A DNA stretch of 63,271 nt, counting the filler, from Octopus bimaculoides (Eukaryota): NCBI RefSeq assembly GCF_001194135.2. It is 5 parts of 5 records of this genome, joined end to end, with 100 filler letters (N's around TTAATTAATTAA, not from the genome) between each part and the next. Parts side by side here need not be neighbours in the genome. Positions count along the whole stretch, not along the records: positions 51,313 to 61,901 come from NC_068988.1; positions 62,002 to 63,271 come from NC_068997.1; 3 more parts are not named here. One strand, written 5' to 3'. Below are positions 51,313 to 63,271 of the stretch, one piece after another. Numbering within the stretch: the first letter of the stretch is position 1; each line of letters opens with the position of its first letter. Below the pieces are notes generated by a model. It was not told where the DNA came from. It did not search any database and was given only the letters and a program-made list of their open reading frames with translations. The position numbers and the translations under genes are program-made.

Positions 51313-53481
51313 TAGGTGTTGCTGTGTGGTAAGAAGCTTGCTTCCAAACCACACGGTTCAGATTTCAGTCCCACTGCATTGAACATGGAGCAAGTGTCTT
51401 CTGCTATAGCCTCGAATCTATCAAATTTTATGAGTGGCCTTGATAAACAGAGACTGAAAGAAGTCTGTCGTATATGTGTGTGTGAGTGTGTGATATGTGT
51501 GTGTGATATATGTGTGGGTGTGTGTGCGTGTATCTTTGTCTTTGTCTATCCCCACTACAGCTTGACAACCGGTACTAGTGTGTTTACGTACCTGTAACTT
51601 AGCAGTTCGGCAAGAAAACTGTTAGGTTGAGTACCAGGCTATAAAAAATAAATACTTCGAGTTTTCAGAAGAGACGAAGACAGGTGAAGAAACAACAAGC
51701 AGGTGTAGTAGTTTGACGCTTGGGAAGAATGGAAAAGACCCTAAGCTCTTCGACAGAAAGGGTTGAGAGGGAAAAAAGGAGAGAGAATAAAGAGAAAACA
51801 GAGAGAGATAAAATATTGTAGGGATTAACGATTCAACGTAATGAAATGGCCGGAAGAAGTTGAGTGAAAGGGAGAAAAGTAACGGTAACTCAGCCGAACT
51901 AGGGTGCGCAAGTGTGTGTGTGTGTATGAGAGAATGATGTGTGTGAGTGTGTATGTGTGAATGGGAATAAGTGTGATAGCCAGCTGGACAAGAACATCTG
52001 ATTTCATTTAATTCAATCTAACATTTAGCTACGTAACGAACAGTAGAAATAGTACAAAATCGTAAAGATATCCCAGCTATTGGAACGTCGTATTGAGCGA
52101 AGAATTTGTAAGCTGGGTATTCTGTCATCGGAGAAATATAGGTTAGACAGTGGAAGCATGTTCGTCATCAATATTTGTTGTGGTTCATTATGTCCAAGAA
52201 TGTAAGAGGGTCCAATTAAATTCAGTTACTTTGGGGGTCTTCTGGCACAGAATGGTGAGAAGAGAGAAAGAATTGTTATACAGTACGCCATATTGAGGGA
52301 AAATGAAAATGAATGCTAGCAGATCCAGAGTTGTGCAGTATTTGCACAATAGCTATTTTGAACAATTTTTACCATTCGTTATGTAGCTAAATTTTAGATT
52401 GAATTAAATGAAATTAAATGTCCTTGTCCTGCATTGCCAAAATTTTTTTACCTATACCTCTAACTAAGAGCCGTTTTTGAAGAAAGCAACAACAGGTGTC
52501 TTTCGACTAAGGACGAATTAAATTAAGCTGGCATGTGTTGTCCCTTACGGCAGGGACATATATATATATATANNNNNNNNNNNNNNNNNNNNNNNNNNNN
52601 NNNNNNNNNNNNNNNNNNNNNNNNNNNNNNNNNNNNNNNNNNNNNNNNNNNNNNNNNNNNNNNNNNNNNNNNNNNNNNNNNNNNNNNNNNNNNNNNNNNN
52701 NNNNNNNNNNNNNNNNNNNNNNNNNNNNNNNNNNNNNNNNNNNNNNNNNNNNNNNNNNNNNNNNNNTTTATATACACATACAGATTTATATATGTATGTA
52801 TGTATGTGTAGATTCGCAAAAGACCGTTCGAAAGCATGTATTTCACAGGTACAGTGACAGGGACCTGGGAACCCGATAAGGTATCAGTAAGGCCTTTTGT
52901 TATAAATATATATCATTTCTAACCAACAACGGTACTAAGTCCTCACTAAAAAACTAGTGTCTTTTTGGATTCTAGAGTTTTTCTAGCTTCATATTGTGCA
53001 TATTCCGTGGTAAGAAGCTTGTTTCCCAGCCACATGGTTCCCGGTTCCGATAGTATAAATACTAGGCTAACAAAGAATAAGTCCTGGGGTCCATTTGCTC
53101 GACTAAACGCGGTGATCCAGCATGGCCGCAGTCAAATGATTGAAAAAAGTAAAAGAATAAAAGGGTACATATTTATTACACTATCACGAGTACGCAAACA
53201 CGCACAAACGCACGCACTCACACATACACACGCACACATACATGCATGCACACACACTAATACGCACGTTATATGTGTATGCGTGAATGTATATATACAT
53301 ATGTATATAATACATATATATATTATATATAATATATATATGCAATATCTATACGTATCTATAAATATTATGTACACAAACTTACATAGGTATACTTACG
53401 TATGTATAAATGATTACATGTATGTACATATGTGTGTATGCCTATGTCTGTGTGTCTGTGTGCATGTATGTATGTATATAT

Positions 53482-53525
<44 letters not shown>

Positions 53526-53605
53526 AGTGTGTGTGTGTATGTATGTATGTATGTATGTATATACTCGAAGTAGCTCGGAATTCGAATCAAACAGTTTTCA
53601 ATTAA

Positions 53606-53651
<46 letters not shown>

Positions 53652-56360
53652 NNNNNNNNNNNNNNNNNNNNNNNNNNNNNNNNNNNNNNNNNNNNNNNNN
53701 NNNNNNNNNNNNNNNNNNNNNNNNNNNNNNNNNNNNNNNNNNNNNNNNNNNNNNNNNNNNNNNNNNNNNNNNNNNNNNNNNNNNNNNNNNNTGTATGTAT
53801 GTATGTATGTATGTATGTATGTATGTGTATCAACATTATATGGAAACAAATACATTCACAATTTACGAAAGTAATACAAATATTATTATACACGTACATG
53901 TATAGATACAATGATGTACATACTCTACACACACACGCACACGCACACATACACACACACACGCACGCACACACACGCACGCACACATACACACACACAC
54001 AGATAGCAGTATTTGTGATACATGGGAATGAGCGACGTGGGCGACAACGGCGTCGTTGTCGTCTGCCTGCCTCCATTTGCTGACCAATTTTTGCGTCCGA
54101 CGTTTTCGAATTGGAAAGCTAAAGGCGAAAGTTTGTATGGAATGGAATTATTTTTCCATTGATGACTTTCATTGAATGAGATTTTATGCCAATCATTAAT
54201 TATAGTAGAAAAGGAAATTAGTTACAACCCATCAATTATCTATCAATGATATTCGTTCAAGAAGCAACCATATGTGCCGTCTGCTCTGATTCTGGATGTG
54301 ATTGTGGTTATATTTGTTGCTATTACTGTTGTTGTTATTGTTCGAGCTGTGGTCGGTTGTTCTGATTGTGGTTATAGCTGGTTTGTAGCTGTGGCTTTTC
54401 TATGGTGTAATTATTATGCCATGGACAATTGGAAATCTGCTGGAAACGGTGCGTTTTATTATAACTGCTTTTCAAAATCTGACTACAATGTTCCGTCAAT
54501 ACGAAGAACGTAAAGTACAATATATACATATATGCATATATGTATGTAAGCGNNNNNNNNNNNNNNNNNNNNNNNNNNNNNNNNNNNNNNNNNNNNNNNN
54601 NNNNNNNNNNNNNNNNNNNNNNNNNNNNNNNNNNNNNNNNNNNNNNNNNNNNNNNNNNNNNNNNNNNNNNNNNNNNNNNNNNNNNNNNNNNNNNNNNNNN
54701 NNNNNNNNNNNNNNNNNNNNNNNNNNNNNNNNNNNNNNNNNNNNNNNNNNNNNNNNNNNNNNNNNNNNNNNNNNNNNNNNNNNNNNNNNNNNNNNNNNNN
54801 NNNNNNNNNNNNNNNNNNNNNNNNNNNNNNNNNNNNNNNNNNNNNNNNNNNNNNNNNNNNNNNNNNNNNNNNNNNNNNNNNNNNNNNNNNNNNNNNNNNN
54901 NNNNNNNNNNNNNNNNNNNNNNNNNNNNNNNNNNNNNNNNNNNNNNNNNNNNNNNNNNNNNNNNNNNNNNNNNNNNNNNNNNNNNNNNNNNNNNNNNNNN
55001 NNNNNNNNNNNNNNNNNNNNNNNNNNNNNNNNNNNNNNNNNNNNNNNNNNNNNNNNNNNNNNNNNNNNNNNNNNNNNNNNNNNNNNNNNNNNNNNNNNNN
55101 NNNNNNNNNNNNNNNNNNNNNNNNNNNNNNNNNNNNNNNNNNNNNNNNNNNNNNNNNNNNNNNNNNNNNNNNNNNNNNNNNNNNNNNNNNNNNNNNNNNN
55201 NNNNNNNNNNNNNNNNNNNNNNNNNNNNNNNNNNNNNNNNNNNNNNNNNNNNNNNNNNNNNNNNNNNNNNNNNNNNNNNNNNNNNNNNNNNNNNNNNNNN
55301 NNNNNNNNNNNNNNNNNNNNNNNNNNNNNNNNNNNNNNNNNNNNNNNNNNNNNNNNNNNNNNNNNNNNNNNNNNNNNNNNNNNNNNNNNNNNNNNNNNNN
55401 NNNNNNNNNNNNNNNNNNNNNNNNNNNNNNNNNNNNNNNNNNNNNNNNNNNNNNNNNNNNNNNNNNNNNNNNNATATACATATATACATATGCATATATT
55501 TACATATATAATTATTTATATGTGTATATTCATATATACATGCAGACATACATACCGGAATACATATGTGCATGCATACATATATACACATACATACCTA
55601 CACTCATGCGTGCATGCATACGTACATACATATATACATACATATATACATAAATACTGACATATTTACATTCATACATACATCGTTCCACGCATACATT
55701 CATATATACATATATATATATATACATACATATGTATGTATATATNNNNNNNNNNACACATATACAAGCTTACATACATGCATACAATCACAGACAAATG
55801 CATACATATATATACGTATAATACATATATTACTGCACAAATAGATGCGTGTACACATACATATATATACAATATAATACAATACTATGTAATAATATAC
55901 ACCTCACATATACACGCATGTTACATTCATTCAATGCGTATATACATGCATGTATATAGAGATATACAATGCAGTAAAATAAAACAATACATTACATAGA
56001 AAATAGGCTTTTGATTGCCTCTTTATATCAGTAAGAATAGGGAAGTTATCTTCTAGTCCTAAATTCGGCGAAGTTAACAACAATGAAATATATTCCATCA
56101 ACAGCAATGGCTACTCTGTGTCTGTGTGTCCTGGGTTATTATCATTATTACAAAATTTAAAGAGCTAGTCGGAAATCACACAGTTAATTATATATGAGAG
56201 TTTATCATTGATGAGACACTGAGATAATTGCTCAAGGTTCTCAACAGTAATAAATTGAAATAATAGTGTTCGTTTAAACGCTTCGACGTCTATTATACTG
56301 GCAGAGAAGGAAACCACTTTACATAGGAACAACAATGGGCTGACTCTTTCTGACTGGCGC

Positions 56361-56414
<54 letters not shown>

Positions 56415-56445
56415 GGATAACGAGGAGTAGGAGGAAGAGGAGGAG

Positions 56446-56719
56446 GATGTTCCGTTGGCCACGTCTCAACCCAGTTATAGCATGACATGGCGTGGCACAC
56501 GCATACATAAACACATACTCGCGAACATACATTACACACAAGGCTGGGAATGTTGCTTTCAGGTTGCTATGGAAACTGCAGGGAACATAGAAGATACGGA
56601 TGATGATGATGATGATAATGATGATGTTCCGTTGGCCGTGTCTCAACACAGTTATTATGGCATGGCATGGCATGGCACACGCATACACACATACACACAC
56701 ACGCACACATACACGTACG

Positions 56720-56766
<47 letters not shown>

Positions 56767-56860
56767 ACTCACACACACATTCCAGTCTGGGAATGTTGCT
56801 TTCAAGTCGCTATAAAAACGATAGGGAACGCAGATGATACAGATGATGATGATGATGATG
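56446..56860 (+). repeat. Two-copy tandem duplication (unit 1 is 177 bp; unit 2 expanded by (CA)n) in GAT/GAG low complexity
   Basis: GATGTTCCGTTGGCC at 56446 and 56623; GGGAATGTTGCTTTCA in both units. Confidence 0.85.
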
Positions 56861-57228
56861 ACGACGACGACGACGACGACGATGATGACGATGATGGTGA
56901 TGAGGAAGAGGAGGAGGAGGAGGAGGAGGAGGAGGAGGGAGAGGATAATGACGACGACTATTGCATTGATGATGAGGATGGTGGTGATGATGATGACGAT
57001 GAGAAAGTTGCGGCATTTGAAGGACTATTGAAGTGGTGGTGTGATGGTGCCGCTTTTAATGGAGATAGTATTAATAACAATAGTTGCAGTGCTTTTGGTG
57101 GTCATTTTTGGCAGCGTCGTGGTGAGGGTGACAGTAGTAGTGGTGGTCATAGTGTGGAAGTGATAGAAGTAATACACTGTAATATGCTGTAATACACTGT
57201 CGTACAGTATCACAAGATCATTCAATAA

Positions 57229-57299
57229 ACGATGGGGTGCTGAAAAGTTCCTGGCTTTTGGGTGGAAGAAAATACAGGGGGACCAGTTAATTGTGATTT

Positions 57300-57302
<3 letters not shown>
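57229..57302 (+). mobile_element. mariner-like TIR fragment
   Basis: ACGATGGGGTGCTGAAAAGTTCCTGGCTT resembles mariner termini; truncated by a microsatellite. Confidence 0.5.
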
Positions 57303-57352
<50 letters not shown>

Positions 57353-57354
<2 letters not shown>

Positions 57355-57446
57355 AGGCACGTGGCTTAGTGGTTAGGGTGTCAGCATCATGATCGTAAGA
57401 TTGTGGTTTCGATTCCTGGACCGAGCAACGCGTTGTGTTCTTGAGC
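57353..57446 (+). mobile_element. tRNA-derived SINE head (related decayed copy on the minus strand at about 61087-61313)
   Basis: TGGCTTAGTGG A-box, GGTTTCGATTCC B-box, then TTGTGTTCTTGAGC; runs into an N gap. Confidence 0.75.
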
Positions 57447-58009
57447 NNNNNNNNNNNNNNNNNNNNNNNNNNNNNNNNNNNNNNNNNNNNNNNNNNNNNN
57501 NNNNNNNNNNNNNNNNNNNNNNNNNNNNNNNNNNNNNNNNNNNNNNNNNNNNNNNNNNNNNNNNNNNNNNNNNNNNNNNNNNNNNNNNNNNNNNNNNNNN
57601 NNNNNNNNNNNNNNNNNNNNNTATATATATATATATCAATTTAAATACACAAATGAATAGCTACTAGTAGTTTCAGGCTATTATGATACTTGAACAGGCA
57701 TATTTATAAAATACCCCATGTATCTTAAAGCAATTATTCAGGCTCTATTTATGCATGGCTCTTTCGGTTGTGTATTTAAATATATCTGTATAAGTAGCAT
57801 AATAGCATGAAACTATTAGTAGCTCTTTCGGTTGTGTATTTAAATTGATATTTACCTCTCACTGGATGGAGTACTTTTTCTGTTTATTCTACATCTATTG
57901 GATCTTTAAGCTATATATGCAGGGAATGGCATCGAACATTTTTGAGAACTGCTTGCTTGCGCTTGAGATCATTTCTCGCCTACATTCCTGAACCTGCAAT
58001 CCATATTGG

Positions 58010-58200
58010 TACCGAATATCTTACTCTGGCTCGTCTCTGGGCCATGTCCGTAGGATGGAGAGATTCCGCGAGGTGTTGTGCAGCCCTTATTGGACATACA
58101 ATTTTACGTTGTGCAATCGCCTCCGAGGCAATTATTCGATGCTCGGTCGAGTACGGAAGCTGCGAACGCGAACCTGGGCGAAACTGACTGCTGGTGCAGT
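58010..58200 (+). mobile_element. Possible decayed RTE LINE RT C-terminus
   Basis: Frameshifted LGHVRRME resembles RTE WLGHVRRMED; weak beyond that. Confidence 0.3.
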
Positions 58201-58887
58201 AATATCATGCAGTCACATTTCACTTTTCGATGTCCTCAAGAATATTTGTCTGTATGCATTGTCACGTTACTTCTATTCTTCCGGAGTGCATATAATGCCT
58301 AGCGTGAAACACAGAGTCACGATTCCAGGCGTTTCAGCTTCTGATAAAATATAAATACTCTGGTTATTTCTTCTTTAAATATTGATTAACTTTCCTTCCC
58401 TAGCAGAAATATTCATCGATACATATAGTCACATACTCACACACAAACACTAATTTTCTCTCTCTCTCTCACTCTCGCTCTCCCTCTCACACACACACAC
58501 TCACACTCACACACATGCGTATACATAGAAATATATGGATATATTCACACAAATACACACACACACACAAATATATGTGTCAGTTACTGTTTGTACTTAT
58601 GTAACTGATAATATATATATGCATATATATACACATATATATATATGTATATATATAAACATAAAAATATATATGCATATATATGTGTGTGAATATATTT
58701 ATTTATTAAACTAATATATTTCTGTGTTATGTGCGTATGTACGTATGTGTCGTTTGTATATATGTCTATATGTGTGTGCGTGTGTGTGTGTTAGTTTATT
58801 TCATGAGTTAATTTCATTATCTCGCACAAATAAATATTTATGTCTGTCTACTTTCAATATCTCTTTTCTATTACACGCCCTTCCCCA

Positions 58888-58930
<43 letters not shown>

Positions 58931-58948
58931 AGCTAGCTAGCTAGCTAG

Positions 58949-59043
<95 letters not shown>

Positions 59044-59205
59044 CTTCTATCAACCTTTGATTTAGGGTTCACACTGCATCTCTAAAAATGGAACATAGGT
59101 CAGAATGCTTGCAAAGTTACTCTGTTCATTTCCTTTGACGGCATTCATACATATTTTATAATAAAATACACATAAATAATATGTGCGCCCAGAGTCAAAC
59201 TTACA

Positions 59206-59248
<43 letters not shown>

Positions 59249-59482
59249 GTGTGTATATGTGTACGTCTGAGTAAGTGTGCGTGTGTGTATGGGGCAGCCA
59301 TATTTCTTTTGGTTTATGATTCTTCTTTCGATCAGAACTCTCCTACCTTAAAGTTATTATATATCACCATAGATATTTATATTATTATATATATATTATA
59401 TTTTCTTTTATAAATGTATACGTGCGTTTGCGTGTGTGTGTGCACGTGTATGAGAAAACAAGAAATAGATACGTAAACACAC

Positions 59483-59543
<61 letters not shown>

Positions 59544-59544
59544 T

Positions 59545-59708
59545 ACGACAGGCTTCTTTCAGTTTCCGTCTACCAAATCCACTCACAAGGCTTTGGTCGG
59601 CCCGAGGCTATAGTAGAAGACACTTGCCCAAGGTGCCACGCAGTGGGACTGAACCCAGAACCGTGTGGTTGGTAAGCAAGCTACTTGCCACACAGCCACT
59701 CCTGCGCC
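59545..59708 (-). mobile_element. tRNA-derived SINE family B (GGCGCAGGAGTGGCTGTGTGG... CCTTGGGCAAGTGTCTTC...), young copy
   Basis: Further copies near 45877-46040, 24145-24304 and 35560-35700 (minus) and 58-200, 724-890, 10185-10320, 23690-23840, 33440-33700 and 51313-51620 (plus); ends in (TA/TG)n. Confidence 0.9.
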
Positions 59709-60854
59709 TGTTATATATATATGGAGACGCTGCGTTCAATCATGTAAAAACAAATAGTAAATGAGTATATGCATATATACGTACAGGTATGTGCATACCG
59801 ACATCCACCTGTATGTATAGGTGCATATCTGGGTACAGGACATTGCAAACAAAACAGAGACGAGAAAACACACAAGCCACATAGAGAACATTCTACTTCA
59901 TCAGCTACCTCCGTTTTAACACCGGCGTTTCGAAGAGCTAGGCAGGACGCATATATATTTATTTATATATATATAAGACCCAAGGATCGAGGTGTAGGAA
60001 GAGAGTTGGTTTCAAGCAATCCGTAGTAAGTATTAAAAATAGCTTTCAGAGACAATAGTGGTTTATTCAAACGGAATGTTGTGGATTTTTTGTATCGAAG
60101 TTCTTTTTATATTTCACGGTAGGCGATCAGGGTTGCCGGATATGCAATACGAGAGTTAAGGAATGGAGAAGATAAGGACCGGGCTGCATAGGATCATATT
60201 ACATCATTATATCATTACAAATTAAATAAGTACCGGTTTCACGGTCAAACGATTTTCAACTTATATAGAGAAATCTTTTTTGCTGTCAATAGAACGCCAT
60301 CTTTGGAAAAAGTGAACAGAGATGAAGCAATATGTCAAGGGCAGCAACTCTTATTTTTTCATGAAGCTCTTCAGTGTTTTTGGCAAGCATACAGTTACAG
60401 GAGTCCTTTCATTTTATACACAGTTAATTATATTACCGTACTAGGTTGTATATAGAGGGAAAATAGTGAATTTAGGTTGGGTTTTTTTTCGTACATACGT
60501 CGATATGTTCACTGAGATAAATTTGGCGGTATTGTGGTGAGGCTATCTGTTGACGATGCACCGTACAACGTTGACGGATAGAATTCCCCGTGCTACCGAT
60601 ATAGTCTTTCTGGCAGCCCGAGCATCTGATTACGTAGATCAGATTTTCGGATGCACAAGTGAAATTTGATTTAATTGTAAAGTGTTGCCCTTGTTTAAAA
60701 TAGGACCCAAGGACCCAAAACTAAAAATATGTAATGATGTAATATGATCCTAATATCGCCATAAATTTTATTATACAAACTTTCTGCGACTCTTACATTT
60801 CTTTTCTTTCTTATATACCTATCCTACGCGTATACAGAACTTTCCATTCTTTAC

Positions 60855-60913
<59 letters not shown>

Positions 60914-61864
60914 ATATGTATATGTATATATGTATGTGTATATTAATATGTATAAACACCTATATGAGAAAAAGAAAAATAAAATGGAATTCAAAAGACT
61001 GTTATTCACTACGATCGTTTCGACCCATACTGCATGGGGGCCTCGCGAGTGAGATCCTGTACGAACAGTTGTATTGCGTCATAGTCGCATATTTGTCTTA
61101 CCAGGTGAGCCAAACCGACTCAGTAAGAGCCGGTTTCCTGGTTTCCCGATATATATGTTCCTCACCTGAACGGGACACCGATCCGTCACTGGATTTTTGC
61201 CAGCTGAGTGGATTGGAACAAGAACACCACACGTCGCCTGGGCCAGGAATCGAAACGATAATCTTACGACCTTGAGTACTACAACGTAACCACTAAGCCA
61301 AACACTCTCCCTCCACACGCACACAAAAACACAGACATACACAGAAACAGGTAGACACAGATAGAACTATAGATATTGATATAAATATATATTAGTGTTA
61401 TCTGTCACGTGACGGGTATCTTTGGGACTATAATTTTGCTATCATGGGTAATATCATAAATTACAATTTAACATTTATCAAATTTCTTGGTGCTTATAAA
61501 AAAAAAATTGATGAAATGTATACTAATTTTCAAAAGAAAGATGGTTATTAACTTAAAATAAAATTAAATAAAACAAATTTCTCATTTGTATATTTGCAAT
61601 AAATATATATTATTTTTCTATATTTTATCAACATAATCGAAAACTTATCTCTACAAAATTTAATAAAATAATGAATATTTTTCAGAAAGTTATAAGACGA
61701 TCGTTCTGTATCTCTTATGCTAATTCTTATTGGATCTGTCTTTCATTCTCTCTTTCCATCATTGTATACGATTTCAAGCGCGATTGGAGAAATCAACACA
61801 GCAACGTCTACATCTACTTTTATTAAATAGAAATATATATGTATGAATGCGTACATATATGTGT

Positions 61865-61901
<37 letters not shown>

Positions 61902-62001
61902 NNNNNNNNNNNNNNNNNNNNNNNNNNNNNNNNNNNNNNNNNNNNTTAATTAATTAANNNNNNNNNNNNNNNNNNNNNNNNNNNNNNNNNNNNNNNNNNN
62001 N
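61902..62001. other. Artificial join (linker 61946-61957)
   Basis: 44N-TTAATTAATTAA-44N. Confidence 0.95.
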
Positions 62002-62050
<49 letters not shown>

Positions 62051-62599
62051 CATACATATATATTTACACATACACACACATATATACACATATAATATGG
62101 GAGTGAGAATTGGAACAGGAAGGAAAAATTATAGAAAAACGGAAAAGAACAAGAATGAAAAAGTGAAATAAATAAATATATAAAGAAAGATGTAAACGGA
62201 CGATAGAAGGACTGACAGAAAAGAAGAAAAGAGGAAAGCACGAAGGAAGGAAGATAAGAACGAAGGAACGAAGGAACGATGGAACGAAAGAAGGAAGAAA
62301 GGATGAAAGAAAGAAAAAAAGACGGAAAGAAATGAAGAAAAACAGGAAGAAAGAAAGAAATAGACGAAGAAGCGAAGAAAGAAAAGGAAAAAAAAACAAG
62401 ACCTGAAAGTGAAAAAAAAGAAAAGAAAAATACATAGAAAGGGAGAAATATAGAAAGTAAATAGAAGAAGGAAAACCGAAAGAAGAAATGATAAAGAAAG
62501 AGATAACTAAGAGAAAAAAAAATTCAGATTTATAAATATGGTAATACTATTCCTTGGAAAAAGATTCTTCCAATAATTTTTTTCTTTATTTCTTGTAAG

Positions 62600-62688
62600 G
62601 ATGCGATGCAAATAATGGTACTGTCTGCGATTTGGTTCCGGTTAACGGTAGAAGACGTCGCGTAAGGAATAAAGACACAGCATATCAG
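62600..62688 (+). CDS. Candidate isolated exon ((G/R)CDANNGTVCDLVPVNGRRRRVRNKDTAYQ), phase 1-0, gene unknown
   Basis: Pyrimidine tract plus taag acceptor, CAG/gtttag donor; only one frame open; GC/CpG higher than flanks. No recognised homology. Confidence 0.3.
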
Positions 62689-63271
62689 GTTTAGTTCTGA
62701 AGAAAGTGAGGCCTGTTTTGGTGCGTCGTTTAATGTGGCTGCATGATGTGTAGTGTAGAGTATGATGTGTTTGTTTGTAGTGTGTGTGGTTTGTGGGAGG
62801 TTGTGCCTGGAGAGGTGGATCGTGACTGAGGTTTGGTATTTTGTGGTTTTTACCATGTTGTATGTATATATGTATGTATGTATGTATGAATGGTTGACAG
62901 TGTGTCTCTTCAGTTTTCAAACCTCGTTAATACTTCCTAGATTTATAGAATTTGATCGCTGGTGGGTTGGACGGAGGGAGCGGGGTTCACATGATGGATG
63001 CCTTGCATGTTTTAAACTCACTAACACACACACACACACACACCCACGCATACACATACACACACACACGTTCAAACACATTTACAAATAAATGTGAACT
63101 TACACGCATATGAATGTACACATACATACATTAATTCGTTCATTTATTCATACGTACATACACACATAAAACATATATATATAATGTATATATATACAAA
63201 TACAAATATATGTATACACATATAAAACGTATATATAGACAATATATATATCTATAACTATGTATATGTAT

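Noticed and set aside
56455-57192. 245-aa acidic ORF
   Set aside because: Built from a tandem duplication plus (CA)n, (GAT)n and (GAG)n tracts.
59850-59960. Hammerhead-like CTGATGA and GAAAC words (also near 24370 and 33980)
   Set aside because: Probably Penelope termini, but I could not fold them into a valid hammerhead topology.

Overview
AT-rich, repeat-dense animal genomic DNA. The microsatellite load and SINE/LINE families are consistent with a coleoid cephalopod, probably Octopus (inference). The window is five pieces joined by artificial 100-bp spacers (44N-TTAATTAATTAA-44N) at about 24971, 45726, 51213 and 61902, so adjacency across joins is not guaranteed. Piece 1 (1-24970) holds nine short + strand exons of GOLGA2/GM130 (777 nt, 259 aa of coiled coil, all AG/GT and in phase), which the ORF track misses; the gene is cut off at the first join. 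Piece 2 holds one clear HEATR4-like exon (33208-33393). The rest is mostly tRNA-derived SINEs, decayed LINEs (RTE, CR1-like, Penelope), DD37D/maT and Merlin transposon remnants, a long-TIR MITE, an LTR element with a tiny internal region, minisatellites and microsatellites. Best leads: (1) inverted pairs of Penelope-type minimal hammerhead ribozyme motifs, with a collapsed sister copy; (2) a CpG-retaining island in a CpG-depleted GOLGA2 intron with promoter and splice signals; (3) a TRIM-like LTR-PBS-168 bp-PPT-LTR element; (4) a tight pair of RFX X-boxes in the piece carrying the HEATR4-like exon. No new system is proven. All homology calls are from memory of family motifs, and counts are by hand.
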